From IMG/VR virus record IMGVR_UViG_2671180429_000002: a DNA stretch of 7,761 bases. One strand, given 5' to 3'. A program made the position numbers and the translations under genes. Numbering within the stretch: position 1 is the stretch's first letter; every line of letters starts with the position of its first letter. The DNA is from a virus (taxonomy: Duplodnaviria; Heunggongvirae; Uroviricota; Caudoviricetes). The notes beneath the pieces were generated by a model. The model saw only the letters and a list, made by a program, of their open reading frames with translations, searched no databases and was not told where the DNA came from. Shown here in pieces: positions 1-6,674 of the stretch.

Positions 1-75
1 AAAACGAGTATTTTTAGTCATCCTGTTTACCTCTTTCTCAGTGAGTTTCGTCTCCAGGATTTCCGGGGCGGTTCA
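1..75 (-). mobile_element. IS3-family insertion sequence (IS629-like), left end: terminal inverted repeat plus first 7 codons of orfA; element body lies beyond the window start
   Basis: Reverse complement of 1..75 reads tgaaccgccccggaaatcctggagacgaaactcactgagaaagaggtaaacaggATGACTAAAAATACTCGTTTT, i.e. a TG-initiated terminal repeat followed by a Shine-Dalgarno (agagg) and an orfA start (MTKNTRF) as I recall for IS629/IS3-group elements. It is an imperfect inverted copy of the terminus at 7603..7628. Family identity is from memory, not a search. Confidence 0.75.
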
Positions 76-282
76 GAGCGCATAGAAGACGCTAAGCCAA
101 TTAAGTTCATGGCACAGGACGTGATCTGGCAACAGAAAGAATACAGACGCAATCTGGAGCGAGCGGCCATTGTGTACGCGAATGAGTTTGGACATAAGCA
201 ACCAGAAACTGGTGTATGTCTTCCAAACGTAGCCATTTACGCGGCAGGCTACCGGAAATCAAAACAACTGACGGCGAGGTGA
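76..282 (+). CDS. hypothetical protein; reading frame is open from the IS junction (76) to TGA at 280..282, so either the 3' remnant of a gene interrupted by the IS or a short 57-aa ORF from ATG 109
   Basis: Frame-1 translation ERIEDAKPIKFMAQDVIWQQKEYRRNLERAAIVYANEFGHKQPETGVCLPNVAIYAAGYRKSKQLTAR ends at 282. No convincing Shine-Dalgarno before ATG 109. I do not recognise the product. Confidence 0.3.
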   Translation, partial: ERIEDAKPIKFMAQDVIWQQKEYRRNLERAAIVYANEFGHKQPETGVCLPNVAIYAAGYRKSKQLTAR

Positions 283-340
283 CTTGTGTTGGTCGCCAGA
301 AAATGAAATTAGGCAGCAAACCACTTATTTGAGGTGAGAT

Positions 341-811
341 ATGACAAAATCATGGAGCGTACCTTTTCCTGAATCAGAAACTGAACATGATGGAATGCCT
401 GTTTTCTGGAGATTCCAGGCGACAGTTGAAGAAGATGGGATAAAAATATTCGCACTTCAATATATAGCTTTTCATCAGACAGAGCATTATGCATGGTTGG
501 TTCCTGCGCATTGGATTGTTAATTTTAAACCAGCACCAAATCAGTGGTTACAGGAATGGAAACAAAGGAGAAATAGATATGCAATTAAGAAAGTAGCAAA
601 AAATGCAGAAAGATCTTTTGCATTCCCAACGAAGAAACTTGCCATTGAAAGTTTATTGCGCCGGAAGAAATACCATTTAATGAGAATCAAACAAGATTTG
701 GCTGTTGTATCAACTCTTGTTGATGGTATGAAGAATATTGATACATCAACACCAGATATTGAATATAACTTTGGACACAACCAAGAAACAGAAAATTGGG
801 TATTTTATTAG
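341..811 (+). CDS. hypothetical protein, 156 aa, AT-rich orphan gene upstream of ea10 (position occupied by ral in phage lambda)
   Basis: ATG at 341 preceded by a strong Shine-Dalgarno GAGGTGA (331..337). Uninterrupted 156-codon frame. Visibly AT-rich relative to bet/exo. Basic K/R-rich segment in the C-terminal half. No motif I recognise. Confidence 0.7.
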   Translation: MTKSWSVPFPESETEHDGMPVFWRFQATVEEDGIKIFALQYIAFHQTEHYAWLVPAHWIVNFKPAPNQWLQEWKQRRNRYAIKKVAKNAERSFAFPTKKLAIESLLRRKKYHLMRIKQDLAVVSTLVDGMKNIDTSTPDIEYNFGHNQETENWVFY

Positions 812-915
812 TACGAATAAGCACTGTGTATTCATTCCAACGAGTGAATACACGGAGCAATGTCGCTCGTAACTAAACAGGAGCCGACTTGTTCTGATTA
901 TTGGAAATCTTCTTT

Positions 916-942
916 GCCCTCCAATGTGAGGGCGATTTTTTA
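916..942 (+). terminator. putative intrinsic terminator between the 156-aa ORF and ea10
   Basis: Stem GCCCTC (916..921), loop CAATGT, stem GAGGGC (928..933), followed by GATTTTTTA. Confidence 0.45.
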
Positions 943-961
943 TCTGTGAGGATATGAACAG

Positions 962-1330
962 ATGTCAAACATCAAAAAATACATCATTGATTACGACTGG
1001 AAAGCATCAATAGAAATTGAAATCGACCATGACGTAATGACAGAGGAAAAACTTCACCAGATTAATAATTTCTGGTCAGACTCTGAATACCGACTCAATA
1101 AACACGGCTCTGTATTAAATGCTGTATTAATCATGCTGGCGCAACATGCTCTGCTTATAGCAATTTCAAGCGACTTAAATGCATATGGTGTTGTGTGTGA
1201 GTTCGACTGGAATGATGGAAATGGTCAGGAAGGATGGCCTTCAATGGATGGTAGCGAAGGAATAAGAATTACCGATATCGATACATCAGGAATATTTGAT
1301 TCAGATGATATGACTATCAAGGCCGCCTGA
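962..1330 (+). CDS. ea10: lambda Ea10-like protein (ssb-like early protein), 122 aa
   Basis: 369-nt ORF of the same length and position (72 nt upstream of cIII) as lambda ea10. AT-rich. Identity recalled from lambda gene order, not searched. Confidence 0.75.
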   Translation: MSNIKKYIIDYDWKASIEIEIDHDVMTEEKLHQINNFWSDSEYRLNKHGSVLNAVLIMLAQHALLIAISSDLNAYGVVCEFDWNDGNGQEGWPSMDGSEGIRITDIDTSGIFDSDDMTIKAA

Positions 1331-1402
1331 GTGCGGCTTTACCGCATACCAATAACGCTTCACTCGAGGCGTTTTTCGTTATGTATAAATAAGGAGCACA
1401 CC

Positions 1403-1567
1403 ATGCAATATGCCATTGCAGGGTGGCCTGTTGCTGGCTGCCCTTCCGAATCTTTACTTGAACGAATCACCCGTAAATTACGTGACGGATGGAAACGCCT
1501 TATCGACATACCTAATCAGCCAGGAGTCCCAAAGAATGGATCAAACACTTATGGCTATCCAGACTAA
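1403..1567 (+). CDS. cIII: CIII protein (protects CII from FtsH), 54 aa
   Basis: ATG 1403 with Shine-Dalgarno AAGGAG (1391..1396). Translation [54 protein letters not shown] matches my recollection of lambda CIII almost exactly. The ORF-track entry 1331..1567 is the same frame with an upstream extension. Confidence 0.9.
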   Translation: MQYAIAGWPVAGCPSESLLERITRKLRDGWKRLIDIPNQPGVPKNGSNTYGYPD

Positions 1568-1679
1568 ATTCACTATCGCCACTTTTATTGGCGATGAAAA
1601 GATGTTTCGTGAAGCTGTCGACGCTTATAAAAAATGGATATTAATGCTGAAACTGAGATCAAGCAAAAGCATTCACTAA
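1536..1679 (+). CDS. kil: Kil protein (FtsZ-targeting host-killing protein), 47 aa
   Basis: Internal ATG 1536 of the 1410..1679 frame gives [47 protein letters not shown]. 144 nt, overlapping cIII by 32 nt in another frame, as in lambda. Confidence 0.85.
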   Translation: MDQTLMAIQTKFTIATFIGDEKMFREAVDAYKKWILMLKLRSSKSIH

Positions 1680-1754
1680 CCCCATTTCCTGTTTTCCTAA
1701 TCAGCCTGGCATTTCGCGGGCGATATTTTCACAGCCATTTTCAGGAGTTCAGCC

Positions 1755-2051
1755 ATGAACGCTTATTACATTCAGGATCGTCTTGAGGCTCAGAGCTGGG
1801 CGCGTCACTACCAGCAGATCGCCCGTGAAGAGAAAGAGGCAGAACTGGCAGACGACATGGAAAAAGGCCTGCCCCAGCACCTGTTTGAATCGCTATGCAT
1901 CGATCATTTGCAACGCCACGGGGCCAGCAAAAAAGCCATTACCCGTGCGTTTGATGACGATGTTGAGTTTCAGGAACGCATGGCAGAACACATCCGGTAC
2001 ATGGTTGAAACCATTGCTCACCACCAGGTTGATATTGATTCAGAGGTATAA
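1755..2051 (+). CDS. gam: Gam, short form (GamS, RecBCD inhibitor), 98 aa
   Basis: ATG 1755 with Shine-Dalgarno AGGAG (1743..1747). Translation [98 protein letters not shown] is near-identical to recalled lambda GamS. Confidence 0.9.
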   Translation: MNAYYIQDRLEAQSWARHYQQIAREEKEAELADDMEKGLPQHLFESLCIDHLQRHGASKKAITRAFDDDVEFQERMAEHIRYMVETIAHHQVDIDSEV

Positions 2052-2056
2052 AACGG

Positions 2057-2842
2057 ATGAGTACAGCACTCGCAACGCTGGCTGGGAAGCTGGCTGAACG
2101 TGTCGGCATGGATTCTGTCGACCCACAGGAACTGATCACCACTCTTCGCCAGACGGCATTTAAAGGTGATGCCAGCGATGCGCAGTTCATCGCATTGCTG
2201 ATCGTCGCCAACCAGTACGGCCTTAATCCGTGGACGAAAGAAATTTACGCCTTCCCTGATAAGCAGAACGGCATCGTTCCGGTGGTGGGCGTTGATGGCT
2301 GGTCCCGCATCATCAACGAAAACCAGCAGTTTGATGGCATGGACTTTGAGCAGGACAATGAATCCTGCACATGCCGGATTTACCGCAAGGACCGTAATCA
2401 TCCGATCTGCGTTACCGAGTGGATGGATGAATGCCGCCGCGAACCATTCAAAACCCGCGAAGGCAGAGAAATCACGGGGCCGTGGCAGTCGCATCCCAAA
2501 CGGATGTTACGTCATAAAGCCATGATTCAGTGTGCCCGTCTCGCCTTCGGATTTGCTGGTATCTATGACAAGGATGAAGCCGAGCGCATTGTCGAAAATA
2601 CCGCATACACTGCAGAACGTCAGCCGGAACGCGACATCACTCCGGTTAACGATGAAACCATGCAGGAAATTAACACTCTGCTGATCGCCCTGGATAAAAC
2701 ATGGGATGACGACTTATTGCCGCTCTGTTCCCAGATATTTCGCCGCGACATTCGTGCATCGTCAGAACTGACACAGGCCGAAGCAGTAAAAGCTCTTGGA
2801 TTCCTGAAACAAAAAGCCACTGAACAGAAGGTGGCAGCATGA
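2057..2842 (+). CDS. bet: Bet (Red-beta single-strand annealing recombinase), 261 aa
   Basis: 786-nt ORF. Translation [44 protein letters not shown]... matches recalled lambda Bet. ATGA start/stop overlap with exo. Confidence 0.95.
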   Translation: MSTALATLAGKLAERVGMDSVDPQELITTLRQTAFKGDASDAQFIALLIVANQYGLNPWTKEIYAFPDKQNGIVPVVGVDGWSRIINENQQFDGMDFEQDNESCTCRIYRKDRNHPICVTEWMDECRREPFKTREGREITGPWQSHPKRMLRHKAMIQCARLAFGFAGIYDKDEAERIVENTAYTAERQPERDITPVNDETMQEINTLLIALDKTWDDDLLPLCSQIFRRDIRASSELTQAEAVKALGFLKQKATEQKVAA

Positions 2843-3519
2843 CACCGGACATTATCCTGCAGCGTACTGGGATCGACGTGAGAGCTGTCGAACAGGGAGA
2901 TGATGCGTGGCACAAATTACGGCTCGGCGTCATCACAGCTTCAGAAATTCACAACGTAATAGCAAAACCCCGATCAGGAAAGAAGTGGCCTGACATGAAA
3001 ATGTCCTACTTCCACACCCTGCTGGCTGAGGTTTGCACCGGTGTGGCTCCGGAAGTTAACGCTAAGGCTCTGGCCTGGGGAAAACAGTACGAGAACGACG
3101 CCAGAACCCTCTTTGAGTTCACTTCCGGCGTGAATGTTACTGAATCCCCGATCATCTATCGCGACGAAAGTATGCGCACCGCCTGCTCTCCCGATGGTTT
3201 ATGCAGTGACGGCAACGGCCTTGAGCTGAAATGCCCGTTTACCTCCCGGGATTTCATGAAGTTCCGGCTCGGTGGTTTCGAGGCCATAAAGTCGGCTTAC
3301 ATGGCCCAGGTGCAGTACAGCATGTGGGTGACGCGAAAAGATGCCTGGTACTTTGCCAACTATGACCCGCGTATGAAGCGTGAAGGACTGCATTATGTCG
3401 TGGTTGAGCGGGATGAAAAGTACATGGCGAGTTTTGACGAGATGGTGCCGGAGTTCATCGAAAAAATGGACGAGGCACTGGCTGAAATTGGTTTTGTATT
3501 TGGGGAGCAATGGCGATGA
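2839..3519 (+). CDS. exo: lambda exonuclease (Red-alpha 5'-3' dsDNA exonuclease), 226 aa
   Basis: 681-nt ORF. Translation [40 protein letters not shown]... matches recalled lambda Exo. Translationally coupled to bet (ATGA at 2839..2842). Confidence 0.95.
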   Translation: MTPDIILQRTGIDVRAVEQGDDAWHKLRLGVITASEIHNVIAKPRSGKKWPDMKMSYFHTLLAEVCTGVAPEVNAKALAWGKQYENDARTLFEFTSGVNVTESPIIYRDESMRTACSPDGLCSDGNGLELKCPFTSRDFMKFRLGGFEAIKSAYMAQVQYSMWVTRKDAWYFANYDPRMKREGLHYVVVERDEKYMASFDEMVPEFIEKMDEALAEIGFVFGEQWR

Positions 3520-3698
3520 AGCATCCTCACGATAATATCCGGGTAGGCGCGATCACTTTCGTCTACTCCGTTACAAAGCGAGGCTGGGTATTTCCCGGCC
3601 TTTCTGTTATCCAAAATCCACTGAAAGCCCAGCGGCTGGCTGAGGAGATAAATAATAAACGAGGGGCTGTATGCACAAAGCATCTCCTGTTGAGTTAA
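3516..3698 (+). CDS. lambda orf60a-like small protein, 60 aa
   Basis: ATG 3516 overlaps the exo stop (ATGA). 183 nt, same size and position as lambda orf60a. The track ORF 3510..3698 is the same frame starting two codons earlier. Confidence 0.65.
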   Translation: MKHPHDNIRVGAITFVYSVTKRGWVFPGLSVIQNPLKAQRLAEEINNKRGAVCTKHLLLS

Positions 3699-3862
3699 GA
3701 ATGAGCATTGAGATGGCACATAGCCTTGCTCAAATTGGAGTCAGGTTTGTGCCAATACCAGCAGAAACAGACGAAGAATTTCATACGTTAGCCACATCCC
3801 TTTCACAAAAGCTGGAAATGATGGTGGCGAAAGCAGAAGCAGATGAGAGAGACCAGGTATGA
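3671..3862 (+). CDS. lambda orf63-like small protein, 63 aa
   Basis: 192-nt ORF overlapping orf60a-like by 28 nt, the same arrangement as lambda orf63. Confidence 0.65.
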   Translation: MHKASPVELRMSIEMAHSLAQIGVRFVPIPAETDEEFHTLATSLSQKLEMMVAKAEADERDQV

Positions 3863-3942
3863 CAACCACTGAATGCATTTTTCTGGCAGCGGGCTTCATA
3901 TTCTGTGTGCTTATGCTTGCCGACATGGGACTTGTTCAATGA
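3859..3942 (+). CDS. possible 27-aa hydrophobic peptide (MTTTECIFLAAGFIFCVLMLADMGLVQ), translationally coupled to orf63-like
   Basis: ATG 3859 overlaps the orf63-like stop (ATGA). Translation is dominated by a single hydrophobic stretch. Short, with no independent support. Confidence 0.3.
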   Translation: MTTTECIFLAAGFIFCVLMLADMGLVQ

Positions 3943-4154
3943 CACCTCAGCAAGAAAACGCCCTTCGCAGTATTGCCCGTCAGGCTAATTCTGAAATCAA
4001 AAAAGCCAGACAGCAGTTTCCGGATAAAAACGTCGATGACATTTGCCGTAGCGTACTGAAGAAGCACCGCGAAACGGTAACGCTGATGGGATTCACACCG
4101 ACTCATTTAAGTCTGGCGATCGGCATGTTAAACGGCGTCTTTAAGGAGCGATGA
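3939..4154 (+). CDS. hypothetical protein, 71 aa (possible counterpart of the lambda orf61 region)
   Basis: ATG 3939 overlaps the stop of the 27-aa ORF (ATGA). Translation MTPQQENALRSIARQANSEIKKARQQFPDKNVDDICRSVLKKHRETVTLMGFTPTHLSLAIGMLNGVFKER. The track ORF 3873..4154 is the same frame from an upstream ATG that lacks a Shine-Dalgarno. Confidence 0.5.
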   Translation: MTPQQENALRSIARQANSEIKKARQQFPDKNVDDICRSVLKKHRETVTLMGFTPTHLSLAIGMLNGVFKER

Positions 4155-4176
4155 ACATGAAAAGCAAAATCATCAG

Positions 4177-4197
4177 GGAGCTACAGGCTCCTTTTTT
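4177..4197 (+). terminator. putative intrinsic terminator
   Basis: Stem GGAGC (4177..4181), loop TACAG, stem GCTCC (4187..4191), followed by TTTTTT (4192..4197). Confidence 0.4.
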
Positions 4198-4252
4198 ATT
4201 ATTCGCATTCACCCTCAAGCGTATTAACCAACAATTCAGGGATTAATGAAAG

Positions 4253-4474
4253 ATGGCGGACATCATTGATTCAGCATCAGAAATTGAAGAATTACAGCGC
4301 AATACAGCAATAAAAATGCGTCGTCTGAACTACCAGACTATATCCGCCACTCATTGTTGTGAGTGTGGCGATCCCATAGATGAACGAAGACGTCTGGCCG
4401 TTCAGGGTTGTCGGACTTGTGCAAGTTGCCAGGAAGATCTGGAGCTTATCAGTAAACAGAGAGGTTCGAAGTGA
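4253..4474 (+). CDS. TraR/DksA-family C4 zinc-finger protein, 73 aa
   Basis: Translation contains CCEC...(14 aa)...CRTCASC, a CxxC/CxxC arrangement, in a 73-aa protein; size and Cys spacing are as in F-plasmid TraR and phage TraR-like proteins. Stop overlaps the GTG start of the next gene (GTGA). Confidence 0.75.
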   Translation: MADIIDSASEIEELQRNTAIKMRRLNYQTISATHCCECGDPIDERRRLAVQGCRTCASCQEDLELISKQRGSK

Positions 4475-5109
4475 GCGAAATTAACTCTCAGGCACTGCGT
4501 GAAGCGGCAGAGCAGGCAATGCATGACGACTGGGGATTTGATGCGGACCTTTTCCATGAGCTGGTAACACCATCGATTGTGCTGGCGCTGCTGGATGAAC
4601 GGGAAAGAAACCAGCAATACATCAAACGCCGCGACCAGGAGAACGAGGATATTGCTCTTACGGTAGGGAAGCTGCGTGTTGAGCTGGAAGCAGCAGAGAA
4701 CAACCTTATTGATAGTGAATGCCATGTTGCTGAACTGGAAGAAGCGCTACGCGATAAGCAGGCGTTACTTGAAGCCTCAGAAAAGCGCAACGCAAAATTA
4801 CAAAGCGAGAATGCATACATCCGCAACCGGTACAAAGAACTGGACCTGTTAATCGGGAAAAACATTCTTGTCATGCAGGCTGCGATTATCGAATGGCAGG
4901 CAACTGGCGACGCTAAAAGCGGACTGGCATGGATTTATAACACACTGTTTGGCCCAGGCGAATTGCCGGACGAATCTGAGAAAGATGCTCAGGCCTACTT
5001 TAATCGCAAATATGCACCGATTGACGAAAAGCTTATGGAGCTTCACAAGTGGTTTTGGGAACAAAGTGAAGCCGAGCGCGCCGCTGGCATTCGCATCAAA
5101 GGAGAGTGA
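4471..5109 (+). CDS. Ea22-like protein, 212 aa, with coiled-coil centre
   Basis: GTG start at 4471 coupled to the upstream stop. The N-terminus (MSEINSQALREAAEQAMHDDWGFDADLFHELVTPSIVL) and C-terminus (AGIRIKGE) resemble what I recall of the Ea22 family. The central region is rich in E/L/K/R heptad-like sequence. Confidence 0.7.
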   Translation: MSEINSQALREAAEQAMHDDWGFDADLFHELVTPSIVLALLDERERNQQYIKRRDQENEDIALTVGKLRVELEAAENNLIDSECHVAELEEALRDKQALLEASEKRNAKLQSENAYIRNRYKELDLLIGKNILVMQAAIIEWQATGDAKSGLAWIYNTLFGPGELPDESEKDAQAYFNRKYAPIDEKLMELHKWFWEQSEAERAAGIRIKGE

Positions 5110-5110
5110 G

Positions 5111-5866
5111 ATGATTCACTACCACGGTGGGCCTATTACTCCTGATACGTGCGCAATGAGAGCATGGAAAGGGCGACATGCGTTTATCAGTTTTGCGCAT
5201 TCAGGCCAGATCAATCTCGCGGCTGAATACTGTCAGTCGTTCGCGCTGGACAACGGTGCATTCACCGCCTGGAAAGCAGCTGGCAAAAACAAAATCGACT
5301 GGAGCGATTACTACGAGTTTGTTGCTCGCTGGAAGAATCACCCAGGATTCGATTTTGCCATTATCCCGGATGTTATTGATGGCGGAGAGGAGGAAAATGA
5401 TGCGCTTCTGAATGAGTGGCCTCACGGAAAACTAGCTGGCGTTCCAGTGTGGCACATGAATGAAAGTGACGAGCGATTTATTCATTTGTGCAATGAGTTT
5501 CCGCGAGTGGCTATCGGTAGTTGTGGCGACTATGACGTAAAGCGCCCAACTCTTGCGGTAGCCAGAATGAAAGACCTGATTCGTCACATTGTTGATGGGC
5601 ATGGTCAGCCGGTTACGAAACTACATGGATTGCGCATGTTAAATCCGCTGATATTCACAAAATTACCCTTAGCCAGCGCAGATAGTACGAACGTCGCTCG
5701 AAACATCGGTATTGATAAAGCCTGGTCTGGGGCTTATGCACCTGCAAGTAAAGAGACACGCGCAGCATTAATGGTAGAACGGATTGAGGCACACAATAGC
5801 CCTGGTTCTCTTGCGTATTGTGAACAACGCGACCGCTTTGAAATGCAATTGCAACTAGCACTTTAA
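5111..5866 (+). CDS. TGT-superfamily (queuine/archaeosine tRNA-ribosyltransferase-like) protein, 251 aa, lacking the zinc-binding subdomain; DpdA-like candidate DNA-guanine transglycosylase
   Basis: ATG 5111 with Shine-Dalgarno GGAG (5101..5104). By eye the sequence aligns to bacterial Tgt catalytic motifs: ALDNGAF (D47) to LTDSGGFQ, FAIIPDV (D87) to IVMIFDE, RVAIGSCG to GYAVGGLAVG, and ASADSTNVARN (D191) to MFDCVMPTRNARN. No CxCxxC...H zinc motif. The track ORF 4868..5866 is the same frame with an unlikely upstream extension overlapping the Ea22-like gene. Confidence 0.7.
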   Translation: MIHYHGGPITPDTCAMRAWKGRHAFISFAHSGQINLAAEYCQSFALDNGAFTAWKAAGKNKIDWSDYYEFVARWKNHPGFDFAIIPDVIDGGEEENDALLNEWPHGKLAGVPVWHMNESDERFIHLCNEFPRVAIGSCGDYDVKRPTLAVARMKDLIRHIVDGHGQPVTKLHGLRMLNPLIFTKLPLASADSTNVARNIGIDKAWSGAYAPASKETRAALMVERIEAHNSPGSLAYCEQRDRFEMQLQLAL

Positions 5867-5876
5867 GGACTAACAA

Positions 5877-6674
5877 ATGACCACTATTACCAAAGAACGT
5901 ATTGAATTGTTCATTAAAAATCCGCTTGAAAACGGGCTTACTCGTGGCGAACAAATGGAACTGGCACGAATTGCACTGGCATCACTGGAACGCGAACTGA
6001 TTCGCCACGAGCATGCCAAATGGTCTGACTCCACATTTGGCTGCGTTGGCCCCATTGGTCCACTGAAACACCTCTCAAAAGAGGCTCTGGAAGCCGCAGC
6101 CGAACCAGACGATCTCAGCGAGTGGGCTGATATGCATTTCCTGTTGTGGGATGCACAGCGCCGTGCTGGCATCAGCGATGCTGAAATTACCGCTGCTATG
6201 GAAGATAAATTGAAGATCAACATGGAGCGCCAGTGGCCTGAACCAAAAGATGGTGAGCCTCGCTTGCACATTAAAGAACCCGGCAACTCTCCGGTAATTC
6301 CGGATGGTTTATCCACGGTATGCGCTGAGGCTTATCAGGTTGTAGGAGTTATGGCAGATGCGCTTGGTGTATTCGGTGATGCAGCAGTACAGAAAGTTCT
6401 GGATAACCTGTCACAGCAAAAACTTGTTCACAGAGATGTGCTGCCGTTCTCGCTTCCGGTGACTCCGGATGGTTGGATAAGCTGTAGTGAGCGAATGCCG
6501 AAAGAAACGGGTGACATTATTGTTGTTTCGGATGGCATTGTAATGTCCGGGATTTCTTATTCTCGTCGTGACGGGTTCTATATAACCGCATTGGAGTACG
6601 ACGACGATGAGCCAATTGGCGGTGTAACCCACTGGATGCCTCTACCAGAACCGCCTCGATTAAAGGAGCTATAA
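5877..6674 (+). CDS. MazG-like (all-alpha NTP pyrophosphohydrolase, DUF550-type dATP/dGTP pyrophosphohydrolase) N-terminal domain fused to a DUF551-type phage C-terminal domain, 265 aa
   Basis: ATG 5877 with Shine-Dalgarno AAGGA (5865..5869). N-terminal region carries paired acidic motifs KEALE...(8 aa)...EWAD as in MazG/HisE-like pyrophosphohydrolases. C-terminus ends HWMPLPEPP, typical of prophage DUF551 proteins as I recall them. Confidence 0.7.
   Translation: MTTITKERIELFIKNPLENGLTRGEQMELARIALASLERELIRHEHAKWSDSTFGCVGPIGPLKHLSKEALEAAAEPDDLSEWADMHFLLWDAQRRAGISDAEITAAMEDKLKINMERQWPEPKDGEPRLHIKEPGNSPVIPDGLSTVCAEAYQVVGVMADALGVFGDAAVQKVLDNLSQQKLVHRDVLPFSLPVTPDGWISCSERMPKETGDIIVVSDGIVMSGISYSRRDGFYITALEYDDDEPIGGVTHWMPLPEPPRLKEL

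Noticed and set aside
1-75. + strand open frame running through the IS end into the 76..282 ORF
   Set aside because: Positions 1..75 are IS terminal-repeat sequence read in antisense; the frame is open there by chance and cannot be part of the downstream gene.
27-319. Minus-strand ORFs 27..236 and 107..319
   Set aside because: They cross the IS terminus and flanking DNA with no start signals; the IS orfA start is at 21..19 reading out of the window, so these are not the transposase.
283-340. Possible ral homologue
   Set aside because: No ORF resembling the 66-aa lambda Ral is present between the gene fragment and ea10; the slot holds the 156-aa orphan ORF instead. My recollection of the Ral sequence is imperfect, so this absence should be confirmed by search.
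541-780. 79-aa minus-strand ORF
   Set aside because: Inside the AT-rich 156-aa ORF on the opposite strand; the + strand gene has the strong Shine-Dalgarno, so this is probably spurious.
1331-1679. Longer track ORFs 1331..1567 (78 aa) and 1410..1679 (89 aa)
   Set aside because: They are N-terminal extensions of cIII and kil; the real starts are the internal ATGs at 1403 (with AAGGAG) and 1536, giving the 54-aa and 47-aa products known from lambda.
1783-2097. 104-aa + strand ORF in an alternative frame
   Set aside because: Overlaps the gam coding frame entirely; gam is the recognised product and this frame has no signals.
2018-2494. 158-aa minus-strand ORF
   Set aside because: Lies antisense to the well-supported gam and bet genes, with no ribosome-binding site and no recognisable product; most likely a chance open frame in GC-rich coding sequence.
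4151-4246. 31-aa ORF (MNMKSKIIRELQAPFLLFAFTLKRINQQFRD)
   Set aside because: It contains the terminator-like hairpin 4177..4197 and is very short; kept only as a note in the coupled-ORF finding.
4488-4874. 128-aa Ser-rich minus-strand ORF
   Set aside because: Antisense to the Ea22-like gene; its low-complexity Ser/Ala-rich translation is typical of the reverse frame of an E/L/K-rich coiled-coil gene.
4868-5110. Upstream extension of the DpdA-like ORF (track start 4868)
   Set aside because: It would overlap the Ea22-like gene by 240 nt in another frame; the ATG at 5111 has a GGAG Shine-Dalgarno and sits immediately after the Ea22-like stop.
5870-6316. 148-aa minus-strand ORF
   Set aside because: Antisense to the MazG-like gene, which has clear start signals and motifs; no support of its own.
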